This document shows, one piece after another, positions 54,460 through 64,000 of a DNA stretch of 64,000 nucleotides. Every line of letters begins with the position of its first letter. Position 1 is the stretch's first letter. A model generated the notes under the pieces. It was not told where the DNA came from, searched no databases, and saw only the letters and a list, made by a program, of their open reading frames with translations. This DNA is from Octopus sinensis. Its lineage: Eukaryota. The position numbers and the translations under genes were made by a program. The DNA lies in NCBI RefSeq assembly GCF_006345805.1, contig NC_042999.1:147932001-147996000 (forward strand), given 5' to 3'.

Positions 54460-55110
54460 TGGGTAGTGGGAGTTATTTAAAAGCAATCTTTTCTCAGCTA
54501 ATTATAACCAGCACTTCCTGCTGCTATTGACGGACGTTTTACATTTCTCTAGAATTTTCCATTTTATGCTGTTTTCGGTGGTGCTTTCCTCCAATGATCA
54601 TACATACTTAGCAAGTGTCGTAGCGTTACGTATCTCCGGGATGTTGAAGGAGGGCTTGTGGTTGTTATCGCGGGTACTGTAGGAGACTTCAGTTACTCCC
54701 ACCTACTTTCACACGTTTGGTTGCCCATATGGTTCTATTGCTCTTACCTCTGCCTCGTACATGACGGTCTCCGCGTTACAGAGGACATGTGCTAACCTTA
54801 CATGAACATCATGCCGCTATCTCTAGTGTGGGCAACTTACTAAAATCTTTTTCAAATTGGATGCACAGCTAAAGGAAATTTTCACTGTATGCTTGTTAAA
54901 TATTTTGCTGAACGTATTTGTACGAGAGAAGTACTTGTCTACTAAGCTAAGAAAAATCTTACCTACTTGTGTTTCAAGATTTAAAGAGAAGGGCGCTGAA
55001 AACCACAACATTTTACGGTTGAGTTTTCTCTCGGGTGGGTTAGGGTCTGGTGTGTAACTAATTCTATCCTTGAAACACTCATTGTAGTCTCATTGTAGTA
55101 CAAGGCGGCA
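54460..55110 (-). pseudogene. Penelope-like element C-terminal fragment (GIY-YIG region)
   Basis: LWFSAPFSLN.ETQVGKIFLSLVDKYF...KIFNKHTVKISFSC, VMYEAEV, VGVTE, HKPSF..ATTLAKYV, IKWKIL. Confidence 0.8.
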
Positions 55111-55119
55111 GCATCAAAA

Positions 55120-55560
55120 GTCTCTTTGCTTGAATGTATGTATAAATATGCAATGTTAAATGGCAAGATCGTGTTCGAAATAGTGAGTTACTGGAGAGGT
55201 GTGAGATCAGTGGTATTGAAACATTTTTGAGTAAGATACAAATGCGGTGGGTCTGGTCATCTCGTAAGAATGGATGACTCAAGAGTTCCAAAGCAGCGTT
55301 TTTATGGGCAATTGACAAATTCTTCCCGTCCAACAGGGCGTCCTCTTCTTCGTTACAAGGACAAACTAAAAGACAATCTAAAGCGTTGTGACATTGCTCT
55401 GAGCTCCTGGGACAGTGCAGCAGGGGATCGCAGCAAATGGAGGAAAATGTGCTTTCTAAAGACTAGAGAATTTGAAAGTAACCGTCTTCGTCATAGGGAC
55501 GCCCTTCGTGCAAATTTGAAAGCAACGCATCAGCAAATCCACCAAACAATGACTGTGTGC
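55120..55560 (+). pseudogene. RTE (BovB-like) ORF2 C-terminus, running into the gap
   Basis: VKWQDRVRNSELLER...MRW, RMDDSRVPKQ.FYGQL...GRPLLRYKDKLK.NLK...W...A.DRSKWR. Confidence 0.85.
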
Positions 55561-55660
55561 NNNNNNNNNNNNNNNNNNNNNNNNNNNNNNNNNNNNNNNN
55601 NNNNNNNNNNNNNNNNNNNNNNNNNNNNNNNNNNNNNNNNNNNNNNNNNNNNNNNNNNNN
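55561..55660. other. Assembly gap (100 N)
   Basis: Run of N. Confidence 1.
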
Positions 55661-55681
55661 ACGCTAATTTCTCCTCACTCA

Positions 55682-55734
<53 letters not shown>

Positions 55735-56695
55735 TTCTCTTCTCATTACCCGTCTCTCTTTTTCTCTGTAGTTTGCACTGGACATTTTTGAGAACCCTAA
55801 ATACACTACATGATGATAAACAATACTCTGGTGCTCCTACTGGGTTACGATATAACTCATGTTCATTCCGTAAACATGAGAACTATAATACCTTGTGTGG
55901 ATTGTACTTTTTTTATGTGTCAAGATAAGGAAATACAAAATAATTTCACACTGATAAAAGCTTTATTGAAGATCATTGATAATTATAAACGTATTATAAA
56001 ACTGATTTAAAAATTATAAAAAATTATTCATTGGCAATAATACATAGAGACTTTACTGTATAAAAAGTTTGATAATGTAGAGTATCAGGCAATTTGCAAA
56101 TAAATGAATTATATGTAAAAATGAAACCTCAAGTTGAAAAGAAATAACATAGTAAAAGAACGATTACAACTTGAGGTTTCAAGTTGAAAAGAAATAACAT
56201 AGTAAAAGAACGATTACAACTTCAAAATTTAATTGCCTTTTAGCCTGATATAGCTACAATCATATAATCTCACAACTTACAGGTCACCAAAGAGTCTAGG
56301 AAGGTTTATAATCTGTCATTAAATACACATTAAACTGAGAAGTGGGATTTTGTCAGTAAAATTAATTAATAATCATAACTTTTTCAGTTGATATGAATCA
56401 TTTGAGAGGGAATATTTCTGGGAAAATTAATCTTTTTATTTAGATATTTAGAACATATATGATTAATGTAAGTATTTTAAAAGTATAAATTTAATATGTT
56501 TAAACGTGGCATATAAATCTTTAGAGAACAAATAAGGATAATAAAAATAAGGAAGCAACAAATGAGACTCGAGAGTTAGTCACATGGTTAGAATTTGCAA
56601 AATTTAATTGTGGAATTAAGCAGTTAATGAAATCAATTTAAATCAAATTAATCATTAGTAATTAACATTGTAGCAAACATCTTGTATTTAACATG

Positions 56696-56851
56696 TTATA
56701 TTTCCTCTTCAATCCAATCTTTCATATCATATACTTCAAAAGCTACTGAAGGATGTAAATCAGTAGCATAACATGAAGTGTGATGACCAATACCATACAC
56801 CGTCCACTTGCCATGTTCATTGGGGCATGTTACATAACTTCCTCCAAGAAA
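56696..56851 (-). CDS. Terminal coding exon of a trypsin-fold (peptidase S1) serine-protease homolog
   Basis: Acceptor ttttatttttcatAG, phase 0. Translates FLGGSYVTCPNEHGKWTVYGIGHHTSCYATDLHPSVAFEVYDMKDWIEEEI*, aligning with GDSGGPLVC..GKW.L.GIVSWG.C...PGVYT.V....DWI. Candidate AATAAA at 56435-56440 (minus). Confidence 0.85.
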   Translation of the reverse strand, partial: FLGGSYVTCPNEHGKWTVYGIGHHTSCYATDLHPSVAFEVYDMKDWIEEEI

Positions 56852-57477
56852 CTATGAAAAATAAAATGTAAGAATACTCAGATATTACTGAAATATTTTG
56901 GAATTTTATTATGTATGTATCACATTATTAGAAGTCTAATAAAAGGATATCAGATAATTGTCACAAAATCAATATTCAAACACAATTATCCGTAAATATA
57001 AAAGCGAAATCTTTTTCCCTTAAATGACAAAACTGTAAATGTCAATGGCAGTGTACCTTCAAATTTTACTTCAATAATGATAGAAACTGTAAAAGGATTC
57101 ATAATTGAATCTGTAGTATATATAGCTAATGTTCCCTCATATCTTTATTAATTTCATTCTTATTAATGTTCAAAATCTATTATGAATTGTAAATTTGACG
57201 ATGATATGGTTATCCAAGATGTGTTTTCACACTAATGTACAATAACAGAGATAGGGATAGATTTGCAAATGTAAAAAGAAACTAAAACCTAATGGACTAT
57301 AGATATGTAATGACCTGCTTCAAAATTAGTATATATATATTATATATATATATATATATATGTTCCAATAAAATGTCATTTAAGCATAAGTGATTGCTAA
57401 TATCATTTCTCTTGACTCCCATTTTCAACATATTATGATGCCTAGTGTAATTAACTGAAAACACTTTGCTGCGCCCC

Positions 57478-57531
57478 TTAGCAGAAATAGTCCTTTTCTT
57501 GACTTAGCAGAAATAGTCCTTTCCTTGACTT
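57478..57531. repeat. Short tandem duplication (CTTAGCAGAAATAGTCCTTTyCTTGA) x2
   Basis: Direct reading. Confidence 0.85.
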
Positions 57532-57838
57532 TTGAAAAGATTGTCGGTTTGTTAGTGCTGAATCAGGTATATCGGATATTTTCGAAAATATAGTATAAAA
57601 AGACTTTCTTAAAAAGCATTTATTAAACTCTCTTCACACATTGTCAACTTATAAATGTATACAGTTAGAAGTAGAAAGTTTAATGGGGAAAGAAATTAGA
57701 ATCTTTGACTAGAATTTCATTGACATTCTATCTCCTGTACTCATTTATAGATGATGTGATACAGCTTTCTGCAGTCCCTTGAAATAAGTCTTATTTGATG
57801 TTCGTTTTCAGTAATAAAAACTCAGTTTCTTCCTATTA

Positions 57839-57914
<76 letters not shown>

Positions 57915-57919
<5 letters not shown>

Positions 57920-58184
57920 AATATTAGGGAATAAATCCAAATTTACAGGGAAAAATCAGATTTAGGATTGAATCCAATTTTATAATAAAATATAATATAA
58001 TATTATTAGAGACAAAACTACTATTATGCAAATCAAACAAAGAAAGACTTAATTCCAATACATAAAAATTTTATATAAATTAAATATAATTAAGATATCT
58101 TAATTATATTTAATTTATATAAAATTTTTATGTATTGGATTAAGTCTTTCTTTGTTTGATTTGCATAATAGTGGTTGTGTCTAA
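57915..58184. mobile_element. TA-embedded fold-back element, same family as 27930-28308, spacer-less palindrome
   Basis: Shares TATTAGGGAATA.ATCCAAATTTACA.GGAAAAA.TCAGATTTAGGATT...GAAAGACTTAAT. Arms of about 90 bp (58006-58184) are centred on GAT|ATC at 58096/58097. Confidence 0.85.
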
Positions 58185-58187
58185 TTA

Positions 58188-58189
<2 letters not shown>

Positions 58190-58278
<89 letters not shown>

Positions 58279-58562
58279 ACATATATATATATATTATATT
58301 ACATATATACATAATATATATAATATATATATAATACATATATTATATATATATATATATAACATATATATATATATATATATACATATATACATATATA
58401 TATACATATATACATATATATCTATATATATATATATTATATATTTACCATATATATATATATATATATATATATCTATATATATATATATATTACATAT
58501 ATATATATAATATATACATATATCTATATATATATATACATATATACATCTACATATATATC

Positions 58563-58598
<36 letters not shown>

Positions 58599-58603
58599 AT
58601 ATA
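58190..58603. repeat. (TA)n microsatellite
   Basis: Direct reading. Confidence 0.95.
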
Positions 58604-59339
58604 ATGTTTGTCTCAACATGCTATGCTTTTAGATACAAATTCATAACTACGATGGTGTTTATATTCAGTCTTGTGTTCACAATGTCATAGCAGATGTAGA
58701 AAAATAAACAGATGCTGAGTTGCTATAAGTTGCTTCAATCAAACAGTGATGTTATGAACTATTAAATTCTCTTTTGTGCTTTTATACTTCTAATATCTAT
58801 CAATGTTACTTTAAATTTGAAAGCAGCAAAACATTTTCCAAGTTGTTTTAAAATACTAAATGTTTAATATATTAACTGAATGCGACAGAATATATCTATT
58901 TAAACCACAATCATAAAATCATAGGGGACATGGTAACTTCGTACTGTAACCGATTTTACATTTCAGGAAATTGCAACCAACCAACTCACCAATTTGAAAT
59001 GCCACTCTAATTTGATTTTAACAGCAGTTTAGAGAACATTGCTGGCGATTTTGGTACCAATATTATTAATGAAATATTGATGTCCTTCGTTTTCAAAGTA
59101 AATGTTTTATAACTATTTTTCCATATAAGAGTGGATTATACACATTTTTCCCTTGATATCTTTACATATCTTTGAACCATGCATGTATGAGACATAACAC
59201 CCTTTGGATTTCTGTTGGCTGCTTCTTCTGAATTTTCCAGTTATTTTCCTTTCAATAATATCTTTCATTACAGATTCCTCACAAATTTTCACTCTGTCTG
59301 CATCATCAATTCCCATCATTACATATACAAACCAGTGTG

Positions 59340-59645
59340 TGGAGGCACATGGCCTAGTGGTTAGAGTAGCAGACACGCGGTCGGGGGATCGCGGGTTCGA
59401 ATCTCAGACTGGGCGATGAGTGTGTTTATGAGCGAAACACCTAAGCTCCTCGCGGCTGTGGCAGAAGGTAATGGCGAACTTCTGCTGACTCTTTCGCCAC
59501 AACTTTCACTCTTTCCTCCTGCATCTTGCAGCTCACTTGCGACGGACCAGCGTCCCATCCAGGTGGGGAACCTATACGTCAAGGAAACCGGGAAACCGGC
59601 CCTTATGAGCCGGGCATGGCTCGAGAAGGAACAAACAAAAAACAA
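59340..59645 (+). mobile_element. tRNA-derived SINE family B, full length (tRNA-Arg-like head, resembles octopus OR1-type)
   Basis: A box TGGCCTAGTGG, B box GGTTCGAATCT, and an A/C-rich tail. Confidence 0.85.
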
Positions 59646-59839
59646 ACCAATGTAGACTTTTCTAGAAATTACATGGTAATGCCTTTCATATCAAGTCAAT
59701 ATCGGTTCATATTGCTTTCTTCCAGATCAGCCTAAATCAATCACACTTGAGATAAAATGAATTCCAATTTTTCAGATATTATATCTAAAAGTATCCATTC
59801 CGTAATTCTTAAGTAGTAAGTTATTAATCGAGGGTGATT

Positions 59840-61522
59840 GCTAATTCTAGCAAGGGAGACCTCTGTACTTATCTTTTGTTGACTTGGAGAAAGCCTTTGA
59901 CAAGGTCTCCTCATCCCTTATCTGGGTGGTCAATGCGGATACTGGTCATAGACGAGTGGTTGGTAAGAGCTGTACAGGGATGCTGTTAGTAAAGTGAGGG
60001 TTGACAACGAATATAGTGAAAAATACCGGGTAGAACTAGGGGTTCACCAAGGATCAGTTCTCAGCCTCCTCATATTCAACGTAGTCCTCTAGGCAATAAC
60101 AGAGGAATTAAAGACATGCTCCCCCTGGGTGCTCCTCTATGCTGATCACCTTGCTCTAATAGCCGAGTCACTACCAGAAATATAGATGAAGTTTAGGGTG
60201 TGGAAGCAAGGTCTAGAAGCTAAGGACCTTAATGTTAACCCAGAAAAAACTAAAGTCTTAGTAAGTAGGAACGCTAACAAATCACACACCTTTTCAGGTA
60301 GACGGCCCTGCTCGATCTGTAGAAAAGGCGTGGGTAGAAATTCTATAATATTTACCCGGTATAAGCTATGGACACATAAAAGGTGCAGCAATATCAAATG
60401 TAGGTTAACCAGGAAGATAGTTTTTGTGTGTGGCAGATGCATAGGAGCAATAAACTCTGAAGATGTATAGAAAACAGATTCCACCACATACTATAGGAAA
60501 AAACTAGAAGTAGTTGATAGCTTTCGCTACTTAGCCGACCAAGTCTGTGGTAGAGGTAGTTGTTCTGAGAGGGTAGCGGCTAGAATAAGAATAGTCTGGG
60601 TAAAATTCAGGAAGCTCCTACCTCTACTGACAACTAAGAGCCTCTCGCTCAGGATGATGCATGTGTGTGAACTCTCATGCTACACGGCAGTGAAGCATAA
60701 GCCATGACTGCTGAGGACATGCGTAGGCTTGAAAGAAATGAAGCTAGTAGGAACCGCTGGATGTGTAATATCAGTGTGCATACACGATAGAGTTTGAGCG
60801 CCCTGAGAGAAAAGTTGGACATTTTCATCAAATGTGGTGTGCAAGAGAAACGTGTGCTGGCATGGTCATGTGTTATGTATGGATGAGGACAGCTGTGTGA
60901 AGAAGTGTCAAACCCTAACTCTAGAAGGAGCCTGTGGAAGAGGAAGACCCAGGAAGGCATGGGACGAGGTGGTGAAGCATGACCTTTGAACTTTGGGGCT
61001 CGCAGAAGCAATGACGAAAGACCGAGATATGCTGTGATTGAAAAGACCCGGCAATTAAAGAGAGATCGCAGCCATGGCCGATGCCAGTGTTGCATGTCCG
61101 GCCCATTTAAAAGTATCCTTAATGAGTCAGGCGATACGATATGCTTGAGAAGACCTATTGAGTCAAGTAAAACCAAAATTGTAGCTGTGGTCAGTGCCCC
61201 ACTGATTGGCTTCCGTGCCGGTGGCACGTAAAATGCTCCACCCGAATGTGACCGATGCAAGTACCCCTTGAATGGCTCCCGTACCGGTGGCACGTAAAAT
61301 GTACTATATAAACGTGATCATGCCAAGGCCGCATGACTGGCTCCCTTTTACGTGCCGGTGGCACCCACTATACTCTCTGAATGTTTGGCGATAGGAAGGG
61401 CATAAATCTGTAGAAAAATCGCCAGATCAGATTGGAGCCTGGTGCAGTCGCTGGATTTCTAGACCTGTGTCAAACTGTCCAACGCGTGCCAGCATGGAAA
61501 ACGAACGTTAAATGATGATGAG
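59840..61522 (+). mobile_element. RTE-clade LINE, 5'-truncated and degenerate, with 3' UTR and (ATG)n tail
   Basis: FVDLEKAFD, GVHQGSVLS, LLYADHL, EKTKVL, FRYL, MLHGSE, GRGRPRK. The tail is CCAGCATGGAAAACGAACGTTAAATGATGATG. Confidence 0.9.
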
Positions 61523-62029
61523 GATAAGAAGGATCGGAGTTTTCTTCTTTCCTCATGTAACCACATGATATCGCAGGTGCTTTTTATCAGTTAAACGTTG
61601 CAAGTAAAATATGATATATTGACAATATCATATTCAACTTATTCCGCTTCATTCACCTTAGATAAGTTGCACTCATTTTCCATTTTCCTGCAATATACTT
61701 ACATTTAAAATATGCTTCATACATGCTATTTCTCTTCCCTTGAAGCTTATGAAAGGATCTGTAAACCGTTGCTTATTTTACAAGAAATAGTAACCTAATT
61801 TCGTTTACCAAATGCAAATAAGAGAGATTTAGAATATTATAGACCCGTATATATTAAAGCGTACAAAATGACGATATGTTCGCTGCGTGAATGCATCCGA
61901 GCAAGTCGCTTTATTTTGTATTTATCTGCTAAACTATAACACTTGTGCATTTTAACAACAGAACAATTTGTTTTAGAAATAATTGAATTTTTTAATACAA
62001 ACTGAGTAAATGAACAGAAAATAACTTAC

Positions 62030-62163
62030 AGTACAGTGTGGTGGCTCGTCGTGTTTGTCGTTGAAACAGAATGTATTGTTTCCACTACTTGGATTATGCT
62101 TCTTGCAGAATGTAGGTTCTGTTTTTTCAACCTTTAATTCTTCTAAGCGTGTTGATACACGCC
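62030..62163 (-). CDS. Penultimate coding exon of the S1 serine-protease homolog
   Basis: Acceptor ttttgaaattAG (phase 1) and donor GTAAGT (phase 0). Translates RVSTRLEELKVEKTEPTFCKKHNPSSGNNTFCFNDKHDEPPHCT, aligning with S..LQE..V.....C...Y....NMFCAG....DSCQ. It splices in frame to 56851. Confidence 0.85.
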
Positions 62164-62439
62164 CTAATTTCAAAATTAAAGAAAATTAGAAGACGAAACA
62201 GTTAATACAACAGGCATGTATAATAACATTTTAAATTTGATGAATCTAATTATTTCGAACAAAACCTTGGAATATAATTATCAGTTTGTTCTCATTCTTA
62301 GCTTATATTTGTGCAAAGATACCAAATCTTGTGTTAAGCACATCAGCTGCATGTAAAAGTAAATTAACAATGGAAATAGAATGTTTAGGTACTAAGTCGT
62401 TATAACTTATGTACATAGTTTATCATATTGATTTCAAAA

Positions 62440-62600
62440 TTTTGACTCAAGTCCGGCAATATCGGAGGAGGGACGTAGGGATTCCGAAGGGTTGAAAAGA
62501 AAGGTATTTCGCGATGGAATTTGAATTCAGAACAAAGGACAGACGAAATGAGGCTAAGCATTCTGCCCGGCGAGCTAACGACTCTGTCAGCTCAGCGCCT
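62440..62600 (-). mobile_element. Degenerate SINE family A
   Basis: GGAATTTGAATTCAGAAC...GACGAAATG..GCTAAGCATT..GCCCGGCGAGCTAACG. Confidence 0.7.
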
Positions 62601-62615
62601 TTACATTATATAATA

Positions 62616-64000
62616 CTAGCAGCATAGCCCGGCGTTGCCCGGGTATGTAAGAAACTTTGTCGATAAGCAAAGCCCCTTACCTTTTTACCCTTTTTTGTGC
62701 TCATTGAACCGTTATTTTGTAAAATGAAGCCTAAAAGGCATTAAGGTATTCAAGGCACCGTTCCCTTGCATGCATGAAGAAAATCTATGACAGTCAAAGT
62801 GCATTTTCTGGTTTTGTTTAGCACACCCAACCCAGTTCTGCGGGATCAGTGTCGCGACGGGAGCGCATGGGTTGGGAGTTTGACAAGCAGAGGTGATAAG
62901 GTTGCACATGCCGGCCCTTTTGACACCCCACCCGAACCCAAGTTGGGTTCAGACCACAGCTAAGCCCTACCTAATCCTAACTTAAGTCTAGCGAAAGGGG
63001 GCTCGGGAGCCTCTAGTAGGCAACGACTAATCCCGATCTAGTCCTTTCCCTCTAGGGAATGAAAGCGCATGTGTAGGTTGCAACGTCTTCTCTTCACTTC
63101 AATACTTCTGTGTATATGACGTTCCTAGCTGTCCCTTTGGACGAAAACATGAAACAGCTTGGCGAGCTCTCCTCTGTTGTGGTGTTTCGGCAGATCGAGC
63201 CGTGACTGTGTTTGCGGCGTCAGCAGCTTGGTGAGCTCTCTTCTGTTGAGGTGTTTCGGCAGATCGGGCCATGGCTGTGTTTGCGGCGTTAGCAGCTTGG
63301 CTAGTTCTCCTCTGATGTGGGGTTTCGACAGATCGTGAATGGCCCTTTGTTTGGGTTCTCGCGAGCTCTGCGGATTGAAGCACAGGAAGAAGCCCGCATG
63401 TTTTGGCTGGACTGTTGCTCTTTCGTCAACCTCGAGCGGAGCGAAGATCTATACGCTACGGCACTTGCAAGTCGGGTAGAACGGTCGCTAGTGGTTTCAG
63501 ATGCCCGAGCAGCGGCAGAACGGGAAGCTTTTTGCGAGAGGCGCAAGGCGGTTTCCTCGTGGGTCTCGCGTGCCCTTCTAGCCCTAGCAGCCGATACCTT
63601 GGCCGTCCGAGGGCTGAGGAGGGTCCTTCTCTTCTTGGGTGGCATTTTGGTGGATAGCAATGTGTTTGACAAAGGTGTAATAAAAAGGAACACGTGGGGT
63701 AAGTATCCCAAAATCTATAAAAATGTACAAAAACAGGAAAAAAGCAGGCAGCAATGTCAGTGACAACAAAGAAAAAGCGAAAAGTGACCAAACTGAACAA
63801 ACGAATGGAAAAGGTTTTTTGGTGCACACGACAAAAGCGGCTTATAATAAACCAAGAGTTTGCAAGTAGCGTCCGAGGACCCTTAGGGTACGTCAAAAAT
63901 TTAAGGTAAAACGTTTGGGGTGGTAGTTATAAAGAAAGTTTAAACAAAAAAAGTATTCGAATAACTTGTGGCTGCAGCAGCGATTAGCAGAAGTAGGCCA
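62616..64000 (-). mobile_element. Internally deleted Helitron (3' end at 62616; 5' end outside window) with RepHel N-terminal remnant
   Basis: 3' hairpin CCCGG-GCAACG-CCGGG then CTAG|T. ORFs MPPKKRR..ARARRARET.EE...RL and 60-bp repeats encoding RSAETPQQRRARQAADAA (STPR-like repeats typical of Helitron RepHel N-termini). No Rep or helicase motifs. Confidence 0.8.

Noticed and set aside
59113-59376. 87-aa minus-strand ORF as an extra exon of the protease homolog
   Set aside because: It has no S1 similarity, starts inside a SINE, and the flanking exons already join in frame at the expected position.
63317-63763. 148-aa plus-strand ORF
   Set aside because: It is the antisense shadow of the Helitron RepHel N-terminal repeats.

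Overview
Eukaryotic, AT-rich, repeat-dominated genomic DNA with one 100-N gap (55561-55660). The SINE families and very long (TA)n/(CA)n/(GA)n/(AAT)n microsatellites suggest an octopus genome; this is an inference from recalled repeat families. The only host coding sequence I can support is two spliced minus-strand exons (62030-62163 and 56696-56851). They encode the C-terminal part of a trypsin-fold (S1) protein whose GDSGGP motif reads FLGGSY, so it is a probable pseudoprotease. The rest is tRNA-derived SINEs, decayed LINEs (CR1, RTE, R4/Dong), Penelope-like elements (PLEs), DNA transposons (mariner, maT, Chapaev3, Tigger-like MITE), two Helitrons and microsatellites. The most unusual signal is a set of small non-coding elements carrying type-I hammerhead ribozyme (HHR) motifs. 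These include an intact HHR between TA tracts, a tRNA-headed SINE with an HHR tail (and a sister copy with the HHR cleanly deleted), TA-embedded fold-back copies of one family that turn around at different points, and two HHRs 342 bp apart in a tandem repeat. Nearly all ORFs in the supplied track are microsatellite or transposon artefacts. Repeat boundaries were read by eye and are approximate.
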